From positions 35,515,610 to 35,579,609 of the forward strand of contig NC_068997.1 in assembly GCF_001194135.2 (NCBI RefSeq): a stretch of DNA of 64,000 nucleotides. Reading direction: 5' to 3'. Of this stretch, positions 50,498 to 61,862 are shown piece after piece. The translations under genes and the position numbers were made by a program. This DNA is from Octopus bimaculoides. Lineage: Eukaryota. A model generated the notes under the pieces. The model was not told the origin of the DNA. It worked only from the letters and a program-made list of their open reading frames with translations, and did no database searches. Within the stretch, counting starts at the first letter, position 1. Each line of letters starts with the position of its first letter.

Positions 50498-52015
50498 GAT
50501 TTAGGCATTGCTATCTTCATTCAACTTTGTTCTAGAAATACCCAAAGAATCTTTATTCCCGCGTGATGTACTGTTGCCTGTACCCCCCCCTCTCTCTCTC
50601 TCTNNNNNNNNNNCGCGTGATGTACTGTTGCCTGTACCCCCCCCTCTCTCTCTCTCTCTCGCCCTCTCTCTCTGCCTCACTCTCTATGAATCAGTATTTC
50701 TCTCACCCCCCTATCTCTCTTCAATTCGTACGTAACCCTACTCTATATAAATCAGTTCAATTTCCGACCTTATCCTATTCGCCAATGAATCTCTCCGCTG
50801 ACAGAATTACAACCAAACTCTCTTGATGGCCAGCTAAGAACTTTTTTTACTCCGGCATCCATACCCATATCTTTCGCGCTCCCCCACCCTGACCGTTTCT
50901 CTATTATCAATATGTTCTTTACATGTAAACATCACTCGTTCTCTGTTTTGTCTTAAATTCATGCTTGTTTATTTTTTTTGCTTTACTTCATTCAAGTTAT
51001 CGCTTCTTCTTTACTTTCTTAAAGTTATCGCTCCTGTAACCCTAAACCTGTCTAAATTCTCTCTCTCCCCTTAGAAACTACTATTTAATTCTTACTCAAA
51101 TATGTTTACCAATTTAAGCTTTCAAACTCACGATTTAGGCACTGTTGTCTTCATTCAACTTTGTTCTAGAAATACCCAAAGAATCTTTATTCCCGCATGA
51201 TGTACTGTTGCCTGTACCTCTCTCTCTCTCTCGCCCCCTCTCTCTCTCTCCCCCTCTCTCTGCCTCACTCTCTATGCATCAGTATTTCTCTCTCCCCCCC
51301 ACTATCTCTCTTCGATTCGTACGTGACCCTACACTATATAAATCAGTTCAATTTGCGACCTTATCCTAATTGCCAAAGAATCTCTTGCTGACAAAATTAC
51401 GATCAAACTCTCCATATGACCAGCTAAGAATTTTTTTACTCCGGCATCCATATCTATATCTTTCGCGCTCCCCCACCCCGTCCGTTCTCTATTATCAATA
51501 TGTTCTTTACATGTAAACATCACTCGTTCTCTGTTTTGTCTTAAAATCATGCTTATTTATTTTTTTGCTTTACTTCATTCAAGTTATCGCTCCTGTAACC
51601 CTAAACCTGTCTAAATTCTCTCTCTCCCCTTAGAAACTATTATTTAATTCTCACTCAAATATGTTTACCGATTTAAGCTTTCAAACTCACGATTTAGGCA
51701 CTGTTGTCTTCATTCAACTTTGTTCTAGAAATACCCAAAGAATCTTTATTCCCGCATGATGTACTGTTGCCTGTACCTCTCTCTCTCTCTCTCTCCCTCT
51801 CTCTCTCTCTCTTTCTCCCTCTCTCTCNNNNNNNNNNTCTCTCTCCCTCTCCCTCTCTTTCTCTCTCGCCCCCCTCTCTCTCTGCCTCACTCTCTATGCA
51901 TCAGTATTTCTCTCTCCCCCTATCTCTCTTCGATTCGTACGTGACCCTACTCTATATAAATCAGTTCAATTTCCGACCTTATCCTAATCACCAACGAACT
52001 ACGACCAAACTCTCT
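50498..52015 (+). repeat. Tandem ~560-630 bp CT-rich monomers (2 full plus 1 partial) fused to the RTE 5' UTR
   Basis: gatttaggca(t/c)tg recurs at 50498, 51132 and 51691, and the units are highly similar. Confidence 0.9.
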
Positions 52016-55000
52016 TGGCTCGCGGTATACCCGCCTTTCCACCCCGCCACCAGTACCGGAAGTTCTTATCGTCTGTCATCCTTGGTTGTCTCCCACGAAC
52101 ACTCTTAGAAGCCTTTACCCGCCCCCCTTATCGACCTTGTAGCGCATAAAGATTGGGTAGTGTATGTAGGTTGTAGGTATTGTTTCGTTTATGAATTCTG
52201 CCAGATGCAAACTTTCTTTTCAGGTACATGACACTGCTTTCCCCCATCCCAGGTTCACACAGGCCCACTCTTCCCACACCATCAGAATTGGCACTCTGAA
52301 AGGTAGGTCTGGTGAGATTGTTGAGATGCTTGAACGGAGAAGGGTTGATCTCTGCTGCATCCAAGAAGTAAGATGGAGAGGAGGGTCCGCTAGGTTCCTC
52401 ACAGGCAAAGAGCACTGACGGGGTTGGGGTCGTGGGAATACTTCTAGCAGAGAAATGGGTTGATAAGGTAATCGAGGTAGTCAGAGTATGTGACAGAGTA
52501 CTTAAGATTAGACTAGTGCTTCATCATAGGTTAGCTACCGTCATCTCAGCCTATGCCCCTCAACCAGGGCTACAGGATGGGCAGAAAGACCAATTCTACG
52601 ACACCCTGTTGCAAACTACCTCGTCGATGAATGACAGGGACCTTCTCTTTGTAGCTGGTGACTTCAAAAGTCATGTAGGACGTCATGCAGGGAGGTTATG
52701 GCTTCGGTTCCCGCAATGAGGAGGGAACCAGACTGCTGGAGTTCTGTGATGCAAACGACCTTATGGTTTGCAATACCAACTTCAGGAAACCAGCCTGTCA
52801 CGTCATCACCTACCGTTCCAGCAGACACTCTAGCCAAATCGACTACATCCTCGCCAGAAATAGGGAAAGAGGGCAGCTTATAAATGCCAAAACCTTCCCT
52901 GGGGAAGTTAGCGACTTCGAAATCAAGGCAAAAAGGATGCCCAGATGTAGACCGGTTTGGAGGAGAAGGGTTTGGAAGCTTAAAGATCCTGCATATGGAC
53001 AGAGATTTAGGGACGTACTACTTGAAGCATTTGACGAAATAGAAGAGGATATAGCATCATATAACGTGGAAGACAACTGGAGGTTTCTACGGGACAACTT
53101 GTTGAGAGCCACCGATCAGATCTGTGGCTGGTGCAAAGTCCCCTCTCGACCCAAAGTAACGTGGTGGTGGAACAATGTAGTTGACAGGGCTATTAGACAA
53201 AAGAAACAGGCTTGGAAGAACGGAAGTAGCAGGGAATTGTATCAGACTGCCAGAAGGGAAGCTAGGAGACAGGTTTACTTAGCCAGAGGGGAAGCAGATA
53301 AGAAAAAAATTTGCCAATGTTCTGCGCCATGAGGACCAAAGACTTGAGGTATTTCGTGTTGCAAGACAGTGTGTGAGAGAGAAATGTGTTCGCATGGATG
53401 ATGGTACGCTTGCACTAAACGAGGCTGCAAAGAAAGAGGTTCAGAGACGCCACTACGAAAGATTGCTCAATAAAGAGAATTAATGGGAGAAAGAGAGCCT
53501 GCCAAATGTCGTCCCAACAGAGGGACCAGCTATCCGAATTGACAGTACCTTGGTAGATAAAGCAATTAAGAGTATGAAGACAGGGAAAGCCCCTGGCCCA
53601 TCAGGAATCACTGCAGAGATGCTCAAAATATCAGGTAGTGTCGGCTATAGCCTAGTCACCCGTATTGTTAACCAGGTGATACACGAAGGAGTCATACCCA
53701 ATGACTGGTGTAGCAGCACCATAGTCAACTGTTACAAAGATAAAGGTGACGCTTTAGACAGAAATAATTACAGAGGTATCAAGTTGTTAGATCAGGTAAT
53801 GAAAGTCACGGAGAGAGTCATAGCCCNNNNNNNNNNNNNNNNNNNNNNNNNNNNNNNNNNNNNNNNNNNNNNNNNNNNNNNNNNNNNNNNNNNNNNNNNN
53901 NNNNNNNNNNNNNNNNNNNNNNNNNNNNNNNNNNNNNNNNNNNNNNNNNNNNNNNNNNNNNNNNNNNNNNNNNNNNNNNNNNNNNNNNNNNNNNNNNNNN
54001 NNNNNNNNNNNNNNNNNNNNNNNNNNNNNNNNNNNNNNNNNNNNNNNNNNNNNNNNNNNNNNNNNNNNNNNNNNNNNNNNNNNNNNNNNNNNNNNNNNNN
54101 NNNNNNNNNNNNNNNNNNNNNNNNNNNNNNNNNNNNNNNNNNNNNNNNNNNNNNNNNNNNNNNNNNNNNNNNNNNNNNNNNNNNNNNNNNNNNNNNNNNN
54201 NNNNNNNNNNNNNNNNNNNNNNNNNNNNNNNNNNNNNNNNNNNNNNNNNNNNNNNNNNNNNNNNNNNNNNNNNNNNNNNNNNNNNNNNNNNNNNNNNNNN
54301 NNNNNNNNNNNNNNNNNNNNNNNNNNNNNNNNNNNNNNNNNNNNNNNNNNNNNNNNNNNNNNNNNNNNNNNNNNNNNNNNNNNNNNNNNNNNNNNNNNNN
54401 NNNNNNNNNNNNNNNNNNNNNNNNNNNNNNNNNNNNNNNNNNNNNNNNNNNNNNNNNNNNNNNNNNNNNNNNNNNNNNNNNNNNNNNNNNNNNNNNNNNN
54501 NNNNNNNNNNNNNNNNNNNNNNNNNNNNNNNNNNNNNNNNNNNNNNNNNNNNNNNNNNNNNNNNNNNNNNNNNNNNNNNNNNNNNNNNNNNNNNNNNNNN
54601 NNNNNNNNNNNNNNNNNNNNNNNNNNNNNNNNNNNNNNNNNNNNNNNNNNNNNNNNNNNNNNNNNNNNNNNNNNNNNNNNNNNNNNNNNNNNNNNNNNNN
54701 NNNNNNNNNNNNNNNNNNNNNNNNNNNNNNNNNNNNNNNNNNNNNNNNNNNNNNNNNNNGGCAGATGTTCAGGTGCAATAAACACTATAAACAAACAGGA
54801 AACAACTTCTGTCTCATTCCAGGGTGAAAAACTAGACGTAGTTGATAGCTTCCGCTATCTAGGTGACCAAGTTAGTAGTGGGGGTGGGTGCGCTGAAAGT
54901 GTAGCTGCTAGAATAAGAATAGCCTGGGCAAAGTTCAGAGAGCTCTTATCCCTACTGGCGACAAAGGGCCTCTCACTTAGAGTAAAAGGCAGACTGTATG

Positions 55001-56133
55001 ACGCATGTGTACGAACAGCCATGCTACATGGCAGTGTAACATGGGCCGTGACTGCTGAGGACATGCGTAAGATCGAAAGAAATGAAGCCAGTATGCTCCG
55101 ATGGATGAGTAATGTCAGTGTGCATACCCGACAGAGCGTAAGTATCTTGAGAGAAAAGTTGAACATAAGAAGCATCAGTTGTGACGTGCAAGAGAGACGA
55201 TTGCACTAGTATGGACATGTGATGAGAATGGATGAGGATAGTTGCGTGAAAAAGTACCACACACTAGCGGTTGAGGGAACCCGTGGAAGCGGCAGGCTTA
55301 GGAAGACCTAGAATGAGGTAGTGAAGCACAACCTCCGAACATTAGGCCTCACCGAGGCAATGACTTCTGACCGAGACCTTTGGAAATATGCTGTGCGTGA
55401 GAAGACCCGACAGGCCAAGTGAGACCAAAATCCAAGGCCTCTGCCAGGGATGTAGCCAGCCCACTTACGCGTAACATTCCTTTATTGGACACTAAACTCT
55501 GCTTGGTGAGGCAAGTGAAATCGAAATCGAACTATATTTGTAGGAACACTAAACTCGGCTTGCGATGACCTGTTGAGGCAAGCGAAATCATGATGGCACC
55601 TGTACCAGTGGAGCACTAAGAGCACCATCCGAGCGTAATCGTTGCCAGAGCAGCTGTCTGGCTTCTGTGCCAGTGGCACGTAAATAGCACCAGCATGATC
55701 GTTATGAACGTCGTCTTCCTGGCACGTGAAAAGTCATTCGGGCGAGATCGTTGCCAGTGCCAATGGACTGGCTCCTGTGCAGGTGACACATAATACACCA
55801 TTTTGAGCGTGGCCTTTGCCAGTAAGACATCCGAGCGAGATCGTTGCCAGTGCCCCTGGATTGGCCCTTGTGCAGGTGGCACATAAAATACACCATTTCG
55901 AGCGTGACTGTTGCCAGTATCCGCCTGACTGGCCCTCGTGCCAGTGGCACGTAAAAGCACCCACTACACTCCCGGAGTGGTTGGCGTTAGGAAGGGCATC
56001 TAGCTGTAGAAACTCTGCCAAACCAGATTGGAGCCTGGTGTCGCCTCCTGGTCCACCAGTCCTCAGTCAAATCGTCCAACCCATGTTAGCATGGAAATCA
56101 GACGTTAAACCACAATGATGATGATGATGATGA
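52016..56133 (+). mobile_element. Near full-length RTE LINE, frameshifted; RT core lies in gap 53827-54759
   Basis: APE (IRIG(T)LK, CCIQEVRW, SAYAPQ, GDFKSHVG, QIDYIL), KAPGPSGITAEMLK..YRGIKLLDQVMK, FRYLGD..RIAWAKF, 3' hairpin array and (GAT)n tail. Same family as 17079-20690. Confidence 0.93.
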
Positions 56134-56344
56134 TATATATAAAGCACACATATTAACTGTTAATTTAAGGGTTAATATGTAACTGTAAATACCTTGCAAG
56201 TATATACATACATACATATAATGGAATAGTTACTGTGAAGCATTGTGTAGAATATATTGTATAAAAGATTATGGATAAGGCCAAAACAATGCAAAGTAAA
56301 TCACAAGAAAACAAATATGTGAATTAGTGTAGACTCACCTTGTA

Positions 56345-56700
56345 TTCAATATTTCAGGGTTATGACCCCATTTTCAAGAAAGAGATGAATGTTGTCGATG
56401 TGTGTGAGTGTGTGTGGAGTAGACATGTGCAGAAAGGTGTTGCTATAGCAACCAGCTAGCTTCCTGTAACTCTTTTCTGTTGTTGTTGATCTTGGGTTAC
56501 TTTTGGTGTTTTGGTGAGGATGGCCTCAGAGATTCTAAGGTTGACCTTGTTCTGCTGTGTTGCCTTGATGTGCACTGTGAATTCCCTGGTCTGGCATTTC
56601 CGTAGGTGCTTCTTCACGGAAGTCTGCCTGCATGTGTTCCTTAATGCATATATGCAGTTTTCTTGTTATGTTTCCTTGCCTTGTTTCACTTCCTCTATAC
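56345..56700 (-). mobile_element. PLE 3' fragment: GIY-YIG C-half followed by a hammerhead motif (56345-56380)
   Basis: TRKLHICIKEH / SVKKHLRKC..NLRISEAIL..P, then TTC TTGAAAA T GGGGT CATA ACCCT GAAAT ATT GAA. Confidence 0.55.
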
Positions 56701-57114
56701 TTGCAAAACGCACTTCTACCATTCCGTACCTCCTTCCTCTAGTGAAGAATGTTATTTTGTTCACTATTTCTTGGAGAAAGTTTTCAATTGCCTCCTCACT
56801 CGCTATTTCTATTTTTTTAGTTTTCAGTGATATGGTTCTCTATGTTACTATTTTTTTATGTTGTTCGTTGGTAATTTCTGTCAATGGCATCAATTTTAAC
56901 CTTGTTCCCTCTGTCTGTATAAACTGCTTACTTTCCTCCAATGCATGTTCGTTACCACCACCTCCTTAATCTTGAGGTTTACGGTGGTAGCATTCTTTTG
57001 CTGGCTGGCTGCCAAAGCATAAATCTCCGCTCTAGCAAGGCATCTGCATTGTTTCACCCCTAATGGGGGAAAAATAACAAAAAATATGATGGCCCGTAGG
57101 CGAAACAATGATTC

Positions 57115-58362
57115 TATAGGAAAGTTGGTTATACATCATTAGATGTATACCTGACTTTCCTATATAAAATCAGAAACATAACGGAACGCTGAACTCCGGA
57201 CCATCAACTTAAACAACATTTATTCAGGTGGTAAATATATACATCTTTAGCTCTTGTTGTTACAGCTTCTATGTGTGTGAGCATAGTTGTTGGGACGTTG
57301 TTATGTAGATGTGAGCGAGCTGTCGAGTGTAAGTCCGAAAGATGGANNNNNNNNNNNNNNNNNNNNNNNNNNNNNNNNNNNNNNNNNNNNNNNNNNNNNN
57401 NNNNNNNNNNNNNNNNNNNNNNNNNNNNNNNNNNNNNNNNNNNNNNNNNNNNNNNNNNNNNNNNNNNNNNNNNNNNNNNNNNNNNNNNNNNNNNNNNNNN
57501 NNNNNNNNNNNNNNNNNNNNNNNNNNNNNNNNNNNNNNNNNNNNNNNNNNNNNNNNNNNNNNNNNNNNNNNNNNNNNNNNNNNNNNNNNNNNNNNNNNNN
57601 NNNNNNNNNNNNNNNNNNNNNNNNNNNNNNNNNNNNNNNNNNNNNNNNNNNNNNNNNNNNNNNNNNNNNNNNNNNNNNNNNNNNNNNNNNNNNNNNNNNN
57701 NNNNNNNNNNNNNNNNNNNNNNNNNNNNNNNNNNNNNNNNNNNNNNNNNNNNNNNNNNNNNNNNNNNAATGAGACAATGAGAAAACAAATCGTGATGACT
57801 ACTGTCCAGGAACTGGAATCACGGAATGTGAAAGTCTGAGTGTTTGTTTTTACTGAAAGGAAAGAAAATGTATGAGTGCACAAGTGTGTGTGTGAGAAAA
57901 AACACAGAACATAGTAAAAGTGTCTGTAGAGAAAAAATCCAGTTCGTACAAGAGTTACACAAGTTGATTTTGAATGTCCGTACTCAGGAAGTTGTGGTCA
58001 GTTGTGACCGGTTACCCGGTACGGAATATTCTATGAAAGTTACACAAGGAAAATTTGGTCTGTTGATCGTGAGTGGAAACATCCACTCTAACAGACTCGA
58101 CAAAACCGAGTGTGTTGATCTGGTGTGTCCCTGATGGTGGGGGTTGTTGGCGCACGACATTGCGGTAGACAGTACATTGATGTTCTGTATGTGTGGTGGT
58201 AATGATGTTGACAGTGGTAATGATCTGTTGAAACTTGGCGACGTCGGGGGGAATGCTTGTAGTTGGTAGTAGTAATTGTTGTCGTCACGGTGGTAATCTT
58301 GGTTGAACGAAGCTGGTGGCGAAAAGGCTGTTCGTTGATGAGTGTTTGAAGAGGTACGCTTT
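57115..58362 (-). mobile_element. LTR-like long interspersed repeat, copy 2 (gapped)
   Basis: Shares its boundary (tataggaaagt hairpin) and colinear body with 36690-38151. Confidence 0.6.
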
Positions 58363-59276
58363 NNNNNNNNNNNNNNNNNNNNNNNNNNNNNNNNNNNNNN
58401 NNNNNNNNNNNNNNNNNNNNNNNNNNNNNNNNNNNNNNNNNNNNNNNNNNNNNNNNNNNNNNNNNNNNNNNNNNNNNNNNNNNNNNNNNNNNNNNNNNNN
58501 NNNNNNNNNNNNNNNNNNNNNNNNNNNNNNNNNNNNNNNNNNNNNNNNNNNNNNNNNNNNNNNNNNNNNNNNNNNNNNNNNNNNNNNNNNNNNNNNNNNN
58601 NNNNNNNNNNNNNNNNNNNNNNNNNNNNNNNNNNNNNNNNNNNNNNNNNNNNNNNNNNNNNNNNNNNNNNNNNNNNNNNNNNNNNNNNNNNNNNNNNNNN
58701 NNNNNNNNNNNNNNNNNNNNNNNNNNNNNNNNNNNNNNNNNNNNNNNNNNNNNNNNNNNNNNNNNNNNNNNNNNNNNNNNNNNNNNNNNNNNNNNNNNNN
58801 NNNNNNNNNNNNNNNNNNNNNNNNNNNNNNNNNNNNNNNNNNNNNNNNNNNNNNNNNNNNNNNNNNNNNNNNNNNNNNNNNNNNNNNNNNNNNNNNNNNN
58901 NNNNNNNNNNNNNNNNNNNNNNNNNNNNNNNNNNNNNNNNNNNNNNNNNNNNNNNNNNNNNNNNNNNNNNNNNNNNNNNNNNNNNNNNNNNNNNNNNNNN
59001 NNNNNNNNNNNNNNNNNNNNNNNNNNNNNNNNNNNNNNNNNNNNNNNNNNNNNNNNNNNNNNNNNNNNNNNNNNNNNNNNNNNNNNNNNNNNNNNNNNNN
59101 NNNNNNNNNNNNNNNNNNNNNNNNNNNNNNNNNNNNNNNNNNNNNNNNNNNNNNNNNNNNNNNNNNNNNNNNTAAAAGCGTTTTGATGGTGCTGCTTGTC
59201 ATTGATCCACTTAATATGACTCTCAGAAGGCTGTAATCTCGCTGGTAGTAAACCCGGATACAGAACATATACAAGC

Positions 59277-59615
59277 AATACAGTTCTATATTTAAGAGAT
59301 GAGGAATTATGTTCATTATTTACATTTGACGGATATTTGTCATCTTGTTTGTTGTTAACACAAAGTTTCGACTGATATACCCTCCAGCTTTCATCAGGTG
59401 TCTTGGGGAAATTTCGAACCTGGGTTCTCATTCCTAAGATATTTTTCGATGTTGTTATTATTATTATTATTATTATTCAGGTCACTGCCTGGAATCGAAC
59501 TCGGAATCTTGGGGTTAGTAGCCCGCACTGTTAACCACTACGCCATATGCCTGTCAAATGTAAATAATGTGAATAATATACATATTTCCTCATTTCTTAA
59601 ATATAGAACTGTATT
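59277..59615 (-). mobile_element. Composite: inverted PLE arms enclosing a tRNA-derived head, (AAT)n and a hammerhead-bearing PLE repeat
   Basis: Arms at 59277-59330 and 59553-59615. Head 59478-59551 (rc tggcgtagtgg..gagttcgattcc). HHR 59358-59401 reads ACAC CTGATGA A AGCTG..CAGTC GAAAC TTT GTGT on the minus strand. Confidence 0.75.
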
Positions 59616-60636
59616 AAAATAAGTACCAGTCAATAAAGTAAGTACCCCTCTGACAAAATGAACTTACCAATATTTAGATACCTCACTCATTGATTCATCA
59701 CAATATTTCATTATTCTTAATCGTTATTCAACTTTGGAACAACAGAGCCTAAAAACGGCAAGAAACCCAGATAGTGGGACATTTTTGTGTCAACTAGAAT
59801 TGAACCCAATTAACTTGGTTTTCATATTTGTCTCCTACCTTTTTTGAACTAACCAGCTGTATAGATGTAAACACAATTCCTTCTTCTTCCTTCTTTCTTT
59901 CCTTCTCTTTTTCATTGACACTCCTTTCAGATACACAGACGCACGCACACACACACATGCGCGCGCGCACGCACACACACACAAAAACACACCCACACTC
60001 TCTCCCACTGGACAATGATGCCAACTTTTTGAAAAACAACTTTCTTCTAAACAATGCCACCTGGTTTGCCATTTTTAAAGGCCAAGAATAAACTTGTCAT
60101 TGAAAGAACTGACCAGCTGTAAACACAATTTTCTTCTTTCACCTTTCCTTCTCTTTCCCATTGACATTCCTTTCAGATACACAGGTGCACACACGCACAC
60201 ACACACACACACACGCACACTCTCTCACTTTTCCCTCCATTCCTCACCCTCTTTTACTATTCTATATATCTCTCTCCACCCCTACACATTCAATAATACT
60301 ATAAAAAGAGACAGATCCTCTGAAGTGAAATCATATTTTGAAGAACCTACAAGAATAGGTGCAAGTGCTAATATTTATAAAACATGTGACATATCAATAA
60401 AAATCTGTAAATGTACAACCATCCAGATATCTCAGTACCTTATTATTTTTTCCAATATATATATATATATATATATAAATTCAATAATAGGATGAACTCT
60501 TACAAGAATTTATCAAGTAGCTAGCGTGAAAAAAACCTCATAAGGGAAAAAATCCATCATTTATTCCCGAAATATATCTATTTATTTATATAAGGGCATT
60601 ACTATACAATAATGCCTCACGCTATGAGGGACTCTA

Positions 60637-61052
60637 AGGTCAGACTACCATAAAAAACACATTTTTACCGAACGCGAGGAAATGCAACTCTCAAAGCCAG
60701 CCCCTTAAAAACAGACTGAATTATAGATCATGATTTCGTAGTTATTGTAGTATTATACAACCTCTACTCTACAGAATAAAACACATATACCGAGATGCAA
60801 TTCGAAATTCCCGCGACTTACATAGGTAAATAGTGATAAACAGTCTTCTAATGGATACGCGGTGTTCATTTGGTATGTTGAATTTCTGTCTACTTCTATT
60901 TATCTTGACCATATTATACTGAAGAGTAGAGGTTGTATAATACTACAATAACTACGAAATCATGATCCATAATTCAGTATTTAAGGGGCTGGCTTTGAGA
61001 GTTGCATTTCCTTGCGTTCGGTAAAAATGTGTTTTTTATGGTAGTCTGACCT
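60637..61052. repeat. Inverted pair of PLE pseudo-LTRs (60637-60774 and 60919-61052)
   Basis: ~135 bp arms, nearly perfect reverse complements, with a ~145 bp spacer. Confidence 0.88.
60913..60973 (+). ncRNA. Type I hammerhead ribozyme, intact core
   Basis: ATTATA CTGAAGA GTAG..TTGTA taatac TACAA..CTAC GAAAT CATG ATC CATAAT: palindromic stem III atcatgat, AUC triplet, one mismatch at the base of stem I. Confidence 0.72.
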
Positions 61053-61073
61053 ATATATNNNNNNNNNNNNNNN

Positions 61074-61109
<36 letters not shown>

Positions 61110-61116
<7 letters not shown>

Positions 61117-61410
61117 TTTTACTTGTTTCATTTTGATTGTGGCCATGCTGGAGCACGACCTTTCTGTAAACCTGGTACTTACTCTATCGGTCTTTTTTTG
61201 CTGAACCGCTGTGTTACAAGGATGTAAACACACCAACATCGGTTGTCGAACGATGGTGGGGGACAAACACTGACACAAACACACAAATATATGATGGCTT
61301 GTTTCAGTTTCTGTCTACCAAATCCACTCACAAGGCTTTGATCAGTCCGAAGCTATAGTAGAAGACACTTGCCCAAGGTGCCATGCAGTGGAACTGAACC
61401 CAGAACCAAA
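61110..61410 (-). mobile_element. SINE family B, head clipped by a foldback
   Basis: cttttacttgtttcattttgattgtggccatgctggagcac..acacttgcccaaggtgccatgcagtggaactgaaccc. Confidence 0.8.
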
Positions 61411-61604
61411 ATGAATTTTGTGTGTGAATAGTTTTTTGTGTATGTACTCTGTTAAAGTTTATTAAGTCTTGGTTTGTACTTTTGTATGAAAGTATTTCAG
61501 TGCATTTTCAACTTTGTATGAAAGTATTTCATACAAAAGTACAAACCAAAACTTAAACTTTAACAAAGTACATGTACAAATAACTATTCACACACAAAAT
61601 TCAT
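61411..61604. repeat. ~195 bp foldback / MITE-like inverted repeat
   Basis: atgaattttgtgtgtgaatagtt..gtatgaaa pairs with tttcatac..aactattcacacacaaaattcat. Confidence 0.8.
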
Positions 61605-61862
61605 ACTGCCACTTATCGTGAAGAAGTTACACAGCTAACAACCTAAATTTTAGTCATTAGACTACATACAAACGACTCGTGTCCACTCTCCTACCAGACA
61701 GATTAAATTTGGAGTGCCTTGATTATAACTAAATGTGTTCACTCAACTGTGTTGGCCTTCTTTTTAGGTGCAAAATATACTGTCATGTGACACTAATGCA
61801 CGGGTGTAGCGGTAAGCATACAAAAAGTTATAATCTTAATCATGTGTTCATTCTTTACAAAC

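Noticed and set aside
52016-52080. HDV-like ribozyme at the RTE 5' end
   Set aside because: A P1-like pairing (cggtat/gtaccg) exists, but P3, P1.1 and P2 could not be formed.
38743-59431. Long ORFs in the track spanning N runs (e.g. 53550-54827, 58088-59431, 46002-46871)
   Set aside because: Their length is due to X residues from assembly gaps. Only the RTE part of 53550-53826 is real coding relic.
59478-59551. tRNA gene
   Set aside because: It has A/B boxes and an anticodon-like arm but no acceptor stem pairing, and it is followed by (AAT)n. It is a SINE-type head.
59850-60215. ~255 bp degenerate direct duplication
   Set aside because: It is a simple local duplication around (CA)n tracts with no functional signature.
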